Of a DNA stretch of 64,000 nt, positions 1 through 9,230 are shown in pieces. The position numbers were made by a program, and so were the translations under genes. The notes beneath the pieces were generated by a model. The model ran no database searches. It saw nothing but the letters and a program-made list of their open reading frames with translations, and had not been told where the DNA came from. This DNA is from an uncultured Chloroflexia bacterium (GTDB lineage Bacteria > Chloroflexota > Anaerolineae > CG2-30-64-16). The first letter of the stretch is position 1. Every line of letters starts with the position of its first letter. The stretch covers positions 1,152,001-1,216,000 of the forward strand of contig CAVZDU010000001.1 of the NCBI GenBank assembly GCA_963774265.1, read 5' to 3'.

Positions 1-782
<782 letters not shown>

Positions 783-880
783 CTCGGCGGCGAATCGCTG
801 TTCGAGAGGCGCAACGCGTTGGACCGCGCTGCGCCTCTCCATTTTGCCAAACCAGTCGTGGGCAAAACACCTGCTCCTTT

Positions 881-909
881 TTGCGCATGCTCCGTCAGTG
901 ACGTATAAT
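881..909 (+). promoter_or_regulatory. sigma70-type promoter of mreB
   Basis: TTGCGC-N17-TATAAT. Confidence 0.6.
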
Positions 910-1005
910 TTATCGAATCCCCTACAGGCGGGATTGCCTTAGCGCGTCGTATGTCTGTCCTGCAGTAATGTTGGAAATGGGGACCTCAGGTACGCAGGAG
1001 CCATC

Positions 1006-2028
1006 ATGTTCGAACGACAGTCGGCATTGACCTGGGCACGGTCAACGTGCTGGTATACGTCAGCGGCCGGGGCATCGTGCTGCGCGAGCCGTCGGTGGTT
1101 GCCATTTCGATCCGAGATAACAAGATCGTCGCGGTGGGGCAAGAGGCGCGCGACATGATCGGCCGCGCGCCGGAGAGCATCGAGGTAGCCCGGCCCATGC
1201 GCGATGGCGTGATCGCCGACTATGTGGTCACCGAGGCCATGCTGCGCTACTTCATCCGCAAGGTGGTCGGCCGCAACCCGCTGTTCAAGCCGCGGGTGAT
1301 GATCAGCATTCCCAAGGGCGTCACCAGCGTGGAGAGCCGCGCCGTGCACGACGCCGCGATGCAGGCCGGCGCCAAGGAAGCCTACCTGATCCCCGAGCCG
1401 TTGGCGGCTGCCTACGGCGCGGGTCTGCCCATCGGCACGCCGACCGGCAATATGGTGGTGGACCTCGGCGGCGGCACCACCGAGGCAGCCGTGGTCTCGA
1501 TGAACGACATCGTGGTGTGGAGCAGCGTGCGCGTGGGCGGCATCCGCACCGATGAGTCGATCATGACCTATGTGCGCAAGAAGTACAACCTGATCATCGG
1601 CGAGCAGACCGCCGAGGAGATCAAGATCACGATCGGCAGCGCCTTGCCCTTGCCTGAGGAACTGAGTATGGAGGTGCGCGGCCGCGACCAGGTCGCCGGC
1701 CTGCCGAAGACCATCATCCTGACCTCGGGCGAGATCACCGAGGCCATGGCCGAGCCGTTGGCCGCGATCATCGGGGTCGATCCGGCAGACACTGGAGAAG
1801 ACACCGCCTGAGCTGGCCGCCGATATCATCGACCGCGGCATGGTGCTGAGCGGCGGCGGCGCGCAATTGCGCAACATCGACCGACTGGTGACCAAGGAGA
1901 CGGGCGTACCGTCGTTCGTGGCCGAACACCCGATGGCCTGCGTGGCGCTGGGCGCTGGGCGGGCGCTGGAGAACTACGCTATCATGCGTCGCAGCTTGCC
2001 GGTTGCAGGCAGCAGTAACAACATCTAA
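1006..2028 (+). CDS. mreB: Rod shape-determining actin homolog MreB/Mbl (apparent indels near 1020 and 1780)
   Basis: [57 protein letters not shown]; AGGAG RBS before ATG 1006. Confidence 0.93.
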
Positions 2029-3147
2029 GTAGGTAACAGAAAATTCGGGGCACTTCTTCGTTGCCTGATATACTGGGGTTACGGAGGGTGCCATGATCTA
2101 TGTACGAACACCAACGGATGCTGAACTGCAAGAGCTCAAGCGAATGACCCGCCATGAGATCGGGCGGGTTAGCCAACGAGCGCAGATGGTTCTGCTCTCA
2201 GCGCAGCAGCGCACGGTGCCTGAGATCGCCGTCATCTTTGGCGTCAAGTACAAGACCGTGCGCAAATGGCTCCGCCGCTTCAATGCGGCCGGGCCGGCCG
2301 GACTGTATGATGAGCCGCGGAGTGGGCGGCCGCGGACGCTGACCGACCGTGTCCGTGACACTTTGGTCGACATGAGCGAGCAGGATCCCGAGCAGTCGGA
2401 CTATCCCGCGACCTTGTGGACGGTTGCGATGCTGGCCTTAGCCTTGGCCGAGAAGATCGGCGTGTATCTGAGCCATAGCACCCTGCGTCAGACGCTGCAT
2501 GCGGCCGGCCTGGCCTGGAGCCGCCCACGACTCGCCATGCCCCGCAAGACTGATCCGCAGAAGGCGGCCAAGCAGTGGGCAATAGTGCAGGCCGTGATTG
2601 GGGCTGGCCCAGCTGCAGTCGTGCTGTACGCCGACGAATCGCGCATCCAGATGCTACCGTTGATTCGAGCAATGTGGCATCGGCTGGGCCAGCAGATCCG
2701 TGTCCCGACGCCCGGCAGCAATCAGACGCGCAGCCTATTTGGAGCGCTCAACATTCGCACGGGCCAGTGGACGTGGTTGATCCGCGAGCATATGCACAAA
2801 GAAGACTTCATCACTTTCCTGGAACACCTGTTGACGGTGTATGCCAGCGGTCCGATCATTCTGATCGTCGATAACTACTCCAGCCATACGGCTAAGGCCA
2901 TCGATGCCTGGCTGACTGAGCACCCGCGACTCCAGTTGCACTACCTGCCGAAGTACTGCTCGCATCTGAATCCGGTTGAGAACATCTGGCTGCGTCTCAA
3001 AGGCCAGACCGCCGCTGACCGCTTGTACGGTTCGCTGCATGGTCTGCTGGACGCCGTCACACGCTTCTTCGACCATATGACGCCAGCGATGGCGTTGACC
3101 TGGGCCAGTCTCGACTGAAAAGTGACCCGTACTTTTTGTGACATACT
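2028..3147 (+). mobile_element. IS630-family insertion sequence, copy 1 (1120 bp)
   Basis: 28-bp imperfect terminal IRs AGTAGGTAACAGAAAATTCGGGGCACTT / rc AGTATGTCACAAAAAGTACGGGTCACTT; TA duplicated at 2026-2027 and 3148-3149; near-identical copy at 61754-62873. Confidence 0.95.
2093..3118 (+). CDS. IS630-family transposase
   Basis: N-terminal HTH, PRSGRP, YADES, IVDNYSSH, LPKYCSHLNPVENIW (DDE_3-type motifs). Confidence 0.95.
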   Translation: MIYVRTPTDAELQELKRMTRHEIGRVSQRAQMVLLSAQQRTVPEIAVIFGVKYKTVRKWLRRFNAAGPAGLYDEPRSGRPRTLTDRVRDTLVDMSEQDPEQSDYPATLWTVAMLALALAEKIGVYLSHSTLRQTLHAAGLAWSRPRLAMPRKTDPQKAAKQWAIVQAVIGAGPAAVVLYADESRIQMLPLIRAMWHRLGQQIRVPTPGSNQTRSLFGALNIRTGQWTWLIREHMHKEDFITFLEHLLTVYASGPIILIVDNYSSHTAKAIDAWLTEHPRLQLHYLPKYCSHLNPVENIWLRLKGQTAADRLYGSLHGLLDAVTRFFDHMTPAMALTWASLD

Positions 3148-3170
3148 TAGCAGCCGTAGTTTGTGAACTC

Positions 3171-3211
3171 AGAACCAGGCCTCTTGCCGAAAGCAGAAGC
3201 CTGGTTTTTTT
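3171..3211. terminator. Intrinsic terminator (original mreB terminator, probably bidirectional)
   Basis: AGAACCAGGC..GCCTGGTTTTTT hairpin with T-tract between convergent genes. Confidence 0.6.
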
Positions 3212-3267
3212 GTCCGTCAACTACCAGGAATGCACGCCGCGGGTATGCGTTGGGGGATTGGATGGCA

Positions 3268-4182
3268 CTAACGCCGCGCGCGGATCGCTTCAACCGCCGC
3301 ACGAGCCGCTTTGCGGACCTTATTCTTCCTATCACTGGCAGCGGCAGTTTCGAGCGCAGGGATGGATTTGGGACTACCAATGACCCCGAGCGCCTGGGCT
3401 GCAGCCTCGCGCACCATGCCGTTGCCGTCATCGCTCAGTAAACTTGCCAGATTGGGAGCAGCCGCCGGGTCGCGTAATATGCCGAGAGCCAGGGCGGCCT
3501 CGGCGCGGATCGCCGCGTCAGCGTGAGTCAGTGCATCGCTCAACGGCGATACGACGTCAGGATCACGCGATTGTCCGAGCACCTTGGCGGCCAGTTGTTG
3601 GAGTTGCGGATCGCCGGTGTAGAGCCGTTCGATCCAGATCGCGGTATCCGCCCGAGAGTGTGCTGGAATTTGCTCTCTCGCTTTCTCGGCCGCCAGGAAC
3701 TCATCGTAGAGGTCTGCGAAGGCGGGGTCGCGGGGATTGGGAGCCGGCTCAGTCGCGAATGACGCCGGGGTGCGTCTCTTTGGCTTGCTGCGGGCCATCT
3801 GGCTGGAGAACTCGCTTGCCGACAGGATGCTGGCGCCCAAGCTTCGCACGCGCGCCGTGAGACCCTGATCGTTGGTTACGACCGCATATTGTCCGGGCTG
3901 ACGATTCGAGCGCAGGAAATCGACGATAGCGTCGTCCGCGCTTTTGCCGGGCGGCGCGTAGTGCACCGCCATGCCAGGCCATGAAGGAATCGAGGTCGGA
4001 TGTCGCCCAGGGTCAGGGGCAACGCTCAGGGGGTTCCCATCGAAGAAGACGATCATCTGGCCCGCGCCCTGTGCACGGTAAGATAGCAGCCGCGCGATCA
4101 GCCGGGCCTCATCATCTGGCTGAGACAGGGAAATATCGGGCAAGACGCCGATCAGATTGTGGCCATCGATTATGTAAGCCAT
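3268..4182 (-). CDS. NYN-domain (YacP/Rae1-like) nuclease fused to C-terminal HEAT repeats
   Basis: YIIDGHNL, VFFDG, SADDAI, VVTNDQGL NYN motifs; repeats such as IRAEAALALG, VREAAAQALG. Confidence 0.8.
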   Translation of the reverse strand: MAYIIDGHNLIGVLPDISLSQPDDEARLIARLLSYRAQGAGQMIVFFDGNPLSVAPDPGRHPTSIPSWPGMAVHYAPPGKSADDAIVDFLRSNRQPGQYAVVTNDQGLTARVRSLGASILSASEFSSQMARSKPKRRTPASFATEPAPNPRDPAFADLYDEFLAAEKAREQIPAHSRADTAIWIERLYTGDPQLQQLAAKVLGQSRDPDVVSPLSDALTHADAAIRAEAALALGILRDPAAAPNLASLLSDDGNGMVREAAAQALGVIGSPKSIPALETAAASDRKNKVRKAARAAVEAIRARR

Positions 4183-4193
4183 GGGGCGACTCG

Positions 4194-4222
4194 TTGACCT
4201 CGGTCGTAGTGTATGCTATGAT
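4194..4222 (+). promoter_or_regulatory. sigma70-type promoter of nfeD
   Basis: TTGACC-N17-TATGAT with extended -10 TG. Confidence 0.6.
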
Positions 4223-4240
4223 CGCGTGGGAGTCAATGCC

Positions 4241-5533
4241 ATGAATCACTTCCGAACACACCTGCTTTTTCTCTTGCTTGTGACCGCGCTCCTGTGGGGC
4301 GGAGGCGCAGCCGCTCAAAGCCCGGGCGCTGTCAAATTGGCCGAATTCAAGGGGCCTGTGACCCCTGTGCTGGCGTCCTATATCGAGCGCTCGATCGCTG
4401 ACGCAGAGGCACAAGCTGCGGCCTTGCTGGTTATCGAGTTGGACACGCCGGGCGGCTCGGTCGATATCACCAAGAATATCACTCAGGTCATGACGGCTGC
4501 CCGCGTCCCAGTGGTGGTTTGGGTGGCGCCCAGCGGTGCGCATGCGGGCTCGGCCGGGACCTTCATTACGCTTGCCGCACACGTGGCCGCGATGGCGCCG
4601 GGCAGCAGCATCGGCGCGGCCAGCCCGGTAAGCAGCGAAGGGCAGGACTTGAACGATACGATGAAGGCCAAGGAGACGAATATCCTGGTGGCCGATATCA
4701 AGAACCTGGCCGCGCGGCGCGGAGAGAAGGCGGTGGCGTGGGCAGAGAAGGCTGTGTCTGAGGCGGCGGCCGCAACCGCTCAAGAGGCGCTCGATCTGGG
4801 TGTTGTGGATATCGTCGCGAATGACCTGGACGATCTGCTGCGCCAGTTGGATGGCCGCACCGTCACCATCGCTGGCGAGGAAATCACCTTGCAGGTCAGC
4901 GATGCGCCTGTGGAAACAATCCCGCTCAACCCCCTGGAGGGGCTGCTCAACCAGCTCACCAACCCTGCGTTGGCCGCCATCCTGCTCACCATCGGCCTTA
5001 ATGCCATTCTGTTCGAGCTTTCCAGCCCCGGCGGCTATGCCGCGGGTATTATTGGCGTAATCTGCATCCTGATGGCGTTCTATGCGCTCGGCACGGTCAA
5101 TGCCAACTGGACCGGGCTGGCGTTTGTGCTGCTCGCCGTGGTGCTTTTCATTCTGGACATCAAGGCGCCCACCCACGGTGCGTTGACACTTGGTGGCCTC
5201 GTTAGTTTTGTCTTCGGGCTTTATCTACTTTACAACACCTCCGACGTCCCGGTTCCCTGGCCTTCGATCATCGTTTCGGCTTTGGCGACGGGAGGGTTCT
5301 TTGCGTTTGCTGTGGCGAAGGCCCTTGCGATCCAGCGCCGGCCCGCAGTGGGAGGGATGACAGGCATGGTGGGGCAGACAGGGATAGTGCGCCAACCGCT
5401 TGAGCCACACGGCATGGTGCTGCTGAACGGTGAGCTTTGGAAGGCGGAGTCGGAATCAGGTCCGCTTCCTGCGGGGGACCCTGTAGTGGTGACGCGGCAG
5501 GAGGGCTTTCTGCTCTGGGTTCGGAGAGTCTGA
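4241..5533 (+). CDS. nfeD: NfeD family membrane-bound ClpP-class serine protease
   Basis: Signal peptide, LDTPGG, AGSAGTFI, AMAPGSSIGAA, TM bundle, C-terminal GELWKA OB domain. Confidence 0.9.
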   Translation: MNHFRTHLLFLLLVTALLWGGGAAAQSPGAVKLAEFKGPVTPVLASYIERSIADAEAQAAALLVIELDTPGGSVDITKNITQVMTAARVPVVVWVAPSGAHAGSAGTFITLAAHVAAMAPGSSIGAASPVSSEGQDLNDTMKAKETNILVADIKNLAARRGEKAVAWAEKAVSEAAAATAQEALDLGVVDIVANDLDDLLRQLDGRTVTIAGEEITLQVSDAPVETIPLNPLEGLLNQLTNPALAAILLTIGLNAILFELSSPGGYAAGIIGVICILMAFYALGTVNANWTGLAFVLLAVVLFILDIKAPTHGALTLGGLVSFVFGLYLLYNTSDVPVPWPSIIVSALATGGFFAFAVAKALAIQRRPAVGGMTGMVGQTGIVRQPLEPHGMVLLNGELWKAESESGPLPAGDPVVVTRQEGFLLWVRRV

Positions 5534-5548
5534 CCCTTGCACTGCATA

Positions 5549-5588
5549 ACAAACCGGGTTGCCTCCAGAGGGAGGAAACCCGGTTTGT
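5549..5588. terminator. Hairpin between convergent genes
   Basis: ACAAACCGGGTT..AACCCGGTTTGT. Confidence 0.55.
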
Positions 5589-5625
5589 CGTTAAGGAGGC
5601 ATTTCGGGCTGGGCGCCTTATGCGA

Positions 5626-6409
5626 TCACCCGGCACCCTGGCGGCGACCCACAAGGGTGAGCAGCACGAACACCAACAGTGCGCTGACAATTAACACGAC
5701 GGCCACCGGCTGCGCGGCCGCCAATCCAAAACCTTCGAAACGTTCGTATACCAGCACCGGCACCACCTTGGGATGGTAGGCCAGGATGACCACCGCGCCG
5801 AACTCGCTGACTCCGCGCGCCCACATCATCAGTGCGCCGGTCAGCACGCCTCGCCATGCTTGCGGCAGCGTCACGTGCCAGAACGCCTGCCACGGCGAGG
5901 CGCCATCGACCAGTGCTGCCAGCTCATACTCCTCATCGACTCTGCGCAAACGCCTCTCGGCCCGCGTTCACCAGGAAGGGCAGGCCGACGAAGGCCATCG
6001 CAACCGCGACGCCCGCCGCGGTGTCGGTGAAAGTGATGCCGATCGGCGCGAAGGCCCGGCCGAACATCCCCCGCCGGCCGAAGACCATCAGCAGGGCGAT
6101 TCCTGCTGCGGTATGCGGGATCACCAGCGGAAGGTTGACAAGCGCCTGCACCAGACGCTTGCCGGGGAAGGACCGCCGTGCGGTCAGATAAGCCAGTGGC
6201 ACCCCGGTGACGAGACCGAAGACCACCGCGGCCAGTGCGGCCAGGAAGGTCAGCCGGATCGAGCCCAGCACCTCCGGGTCATGGAGCGCATCCCAGAATG
6301 AGATCGGCGTCGTGGAGAAGAGGGTGTTGGCGAGCGGCGCCACCAGGAAGAGCAGCAGCGCCCCGCTCGCCAGGGCAAAGAGGACGTCGAGGGCAGAACG
6401 GCGGCTCAC
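5626..6409 (-). CDS. wtpB: Tungstate/molybdate ABC permease (WtpB/ModB-like; apparent indel near 5950)
   Basis: NLPLVIPHTAAGIALL, EAA-loop region, WARGVSEFGAV; overlaps the wtpA stop. Confidence 0.85.
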
Positions 6410-7572
6410 GGTGTCTCCGCAGGGCGACAGAGCGCCTGAAGCTGCACAGGCACATGCTCGTAACCGTCGGCCAGTGGAGTCTCGAACATCGGGTGGTAGT
6501 TCGCCTCCATCACGGCGCGACCCTGGGGGCCAAGGAGAAACGCGATGAACTGGCTGGCTTCCCCCGGATGCGGCGCGCTCTCTGGGATCGTTATCCCGTA
6601 GCCGATGCGCTCGCCGTGGAACTTCGGTTTCACGGTGGCGAAACGCCGGACGTCCAGGTTGACTTGGACACGACCGTAGTCAGCCTGGTGCTCGGCAGAG
6701 CCGAGATTCTCCTCATCGGGCAGGTGCAGCATCTCCAGTCCATGCTGGCGGATCACCGACTCGTACTCGAACGCATAGTCAAGGTCACCGGACTCCAGCA
6801 GAGCCACGAGCTGGATGCTGGCACCGCGCAGCATGACATGAGCACCGGATCGCGTCTCCAGCACTTCGGGCACGGTCACTGTCGCCAGGTCATCATCCAG
6901 AAAAAGCGTCACCGCCTGGGTGAACTGGCCATTGAACAGGTTGGCGAAGTAGGTGTAACGTCGTGCGCGTTCCTGCGCCAGCACGACCGCCATGAACGCC
7001 CGGTATCCCGCTGCGTCGAAGCGTGGGTCCGCGATCCCCACCTTCACGTCGGGGCGAGCCAGCACCTCCGGCCAGTTGTCGGCCGTCAGCTCGGCGGCAT
7101 ACTTGCTGCCCCGGTTGTAGGCCAGCGTCAGCCGGTTGGTGGCGAAGCGAATGTACCAGTCGGCGTAGGGATGACCCGTCCCGGGGTCAATGGCCCCGGT
7201 CATCAGCATCGGGATCAGCGAGGCGTCGGCCGTCGCAACCACGTCGATGGGTTCGTGCAGCTCGGTGGCGTGGCGGATGACCTGGATGCTGCCGTGATAT
7301 TCGGCGCGCACGTCTATCTGCGGATACTGTGCTTCGAACGCGGCCTCCAGCGCTTTGAACGGCACAATAAGACTGCCCGCCCCGAACACGACGAGGGGGA
7401 CGCGGCTCGCGGGTGGCGTTGAGGCCGCCGCAACGGTCGGGACCGATGGCAGTCCGGGGGATGGGGTCGGCGTGGCGGCCGGCGGCGCGGGGAGTGCTGC
7501 GGGTGCCACGCAGCCGATCAGCAGCACGGCTATTACCGTAAGGATGAGCCGGGTAAGCCAGCGTTTTGACAT
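6406..7572 (-). CDS. wtpA: Tungstate/molybdate-binding lipoprotein, WtpA-like
   Basis: Lipobox LIGC; GAGSLIVPF, GSIQVIR, DPRFDAAGYR, GDLDYAFEYES, IGYGITIP. Confidence 0.85.
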   Translation of the reverse strand: MSKRWLTRLILTVIAVLLIGCVAPAALPAPPAATPTPSPGLPSVPTVAAASTPPASRVPLVVFGAGSLIVPFKALEAAFEAQYPQIDVRAEYHGSIQVIRHATELHEPIDVVATADASLIPMLMTGAIDPGTGHPYADWYIRFATNRLTLAYNRGSKYAAELTADNWPEVLARPDVKVGIADPRFDAAGYRAFMAVVLAQERARRYTYFANLFNGQFTQAVTLFLDDDLATVTVPEVLETRSGAHVMLRGASIQLVALLESGDLDYAFEYESVIRQHGLEMLHLPDEENLGSAEHQADYGRVQVNLDVRRFATVKPKFHGERIGYGITIPESAPHPGEASQFIAFLLGPQGRAVMEANYHPMFETPLADGYEHVPVQLQALCRPAETP

Positions 7573-7599
7573 CGTAAGCCTTGATCTGAGGATAGGATT

Positions 7600-7626
7600 G
7601 TAGGACAGGTTGCCAACCTGTCCTAC
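7600..7626. repeat. GTAG-type REP-like palindrome
   Basis: GTAGGACAGGTTGCCAACCTGTCCTAC. Confidence 0.6.
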
Positions 7627-7633
7627 GTTGTGA

Positions 7634-9145
7634 TTACTTCAGTTCGATCTGGCTCACTTCCTTCACCCACAAGCCGCTGGACAAGCCGGGCATGGCGAGC
7701 TTGAGCTTGCCCGGCGTGTTCGTGAAGGCCACCAGGCAGTCGGCGCAGCCGAGCACGTCGGCCAGCGCGGCCTCGCTTGAATAGCCGTCCGCTGCGGTGA
7801 AGACAATCTTCGTGGCGCCGGCGGCTGGCACGGCAAGCGCCAGCAGGTCGCCCAGCCGCACACCTTCGTATTCCGCCACCCCCGACTTCGGGTGCTCCGC
7901 AGTAATCTTGACCACCTGCATACCGCGCAGGTCGGCTTCTTTCAGACCCAGCGGAGTTTCCACCGCACCGATGACCACCAGGTCGCCCGCCACGGCCGCG
8001 GGGGCCGCCTGTGTGGAGGCAACGGTCGGCTTCGGGGCCTCCGTAGGCTCGGCAGCGGCGGCATCCGTCCCATTGAGCTTGAGGTCGATCTCGCCGATCG
8101 TGCCCACCATTTCGTTGTTCTTCAGCGAGTCGCCGACCAGCCGCAGCGGGGCGTATTGCTCGGGCAGCGGGTTGTCGTTGACCAGTGAGGCGACCAGGAC
8201 GCCGTTCTGTCGGGCCAGCGGCGCGCTGTCGAGGGTGGCCGTGTAGCCATCTTGCGCTACGACCTCAACTTTGTAGCCCGCCAGGGCCAGCGCCTCGTTG
8301 AACGCCGGACCTTGATGCTTGACCTCGTCATCGGCGTAGCCCATCAGTAGCCACAGCGGGACACCGGTCCACACCTGGGCCTTACTATCGGTCCAGGTCG
8401 CCTTGTGGCACCCTACGCACGACTCGAAGGTGCCGCGATCGATCTTCGCCTGGATGCCACCGTTCAAATCCAGCGTCCAGTCGGCCCCCAAGGGCTTGAC
8501 CTCCAGTTTGGTGATCCACTTCACCGACCAGTGCCCGTCGGTCACCTGATCACGCTTCGGGCTGATGATCACGATGCGCAGGGCGCCGTCGCTATCCTCT
8601 GGCAGGGGTTTGCCCTCGCGCTCGAAGGCGAGCATGGCGGTCAGGCTGCCGGGCGACTTCAACTCATCGCCTGTGGCGGGATCGTAGGCGATGAACGTCC
8701 CTTTGGTCAGTTGATCGTAAGAGAAGGTGATGGCGTAGCCGTCCTTGGCGACCGCGTTGACCCCCATCTCGGGATCAAGCGGACCAAGCAATTCGGCGAG
8801 GGTCAGCAGGCTGACGCCCCGATGCGCGACCGGAGGCGTGATCTTGCCGGTGCTGCTCTTGAACCCCGCCGCGCCTTCGATCACATCGAGCTGCTTGAGG
8901 TCATCGAGGGTTAGTAACTTGGAGCCGGACGGCCCGACGACTTCCAGGATCGACGGAGGCACAAGGGTTGCAGCAGGCGGGATAGGTGTGGCCGTTGGGG
9001 GAACGGGCGACGCAGATGGGGGCACAACTGTAGCTGCCGGCGGGGGAGCCGGCGCTGCTGCAGGCACGGGTGCGCAACCACCCAGCACAAGCTGAGCGGC
9101 AAGCAGCGACAGACAAAGGATGGACAGAGCGGCAGAAGATTTCAT
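7634..9145 (-). CDS. Lipoprotein with three tandem sulfite-oxidase-like (molybdopterin-binding fold) domains and Pro/Ala linkers
   Basis: Lipobox LGGC; three repeats of the GVxL..AxDGY..(LR/LK)L..WVK pattern (RGVSLL/AKDGY/SVKWI; WTGVPL/AQDGY/PLRLV; EGVRL/AADGY/WVKEV). Confidence 0.7.
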   Translation of the reverse strand: MKSSAALSILCLSLLAAQLVLGGCAPVPAAAPAPPPAATVVPPSASPVPPTATPIPPAATLVPPSILEVVGPSGSKLLTLDDLKQLDVIEGAAGFKSSTGKITPPVAHRGVSLLTLAELLGPLDPEMGVNAVAKDGYAITFSYDQLTKGTFIAYDPATGDELKSPGSLTAMLAFEREGKPLPEDSDGALRIVIISPKRDQVTDGHWSVKWITKLEVKPLGADWTLDLNGGIQAKIDRGTFESCVGCHKATWTDSKAQVWTGVPLWLLMGYADDEVKHQGPAFNEALALAGYKVEVVAQDGYTATLDSAPLARQNGVLVASLVNDNPLPEQYAPLRLVGDSLKNNEMVGTIGEIDLKLNGTDAAAAEPTEAPKPTVASTQAAPAAVAGDLVVIGAVETPLGLKEADLRGMQVVKITAEHPKSGVAEYEGVRLGDLLALAVPAAGATKIVFTAADGYSSEAALADVLGCADCLVAFTNTPGKLKLAMPGLSSGLWVKEVSQIELK

Positions 9146-9178
9146 TAAAGCTCCTTCGTTGGAGTGATGGCAGAAATT

Positions 9179-9210
9179 AGATACCGCTGACGAACTCGTC
9201 AGCGGTATCT
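9179..9210. terminator. Perfect 15-bp palindromic hairpin downstream of tupA
   Basis: AGATACCGCTGACGA-AC-TCGTCAGCGGTATCT. Confidence 0.55.
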
Positions 9211-9230
9211 GAACTGAGGCGTACCCGTCG

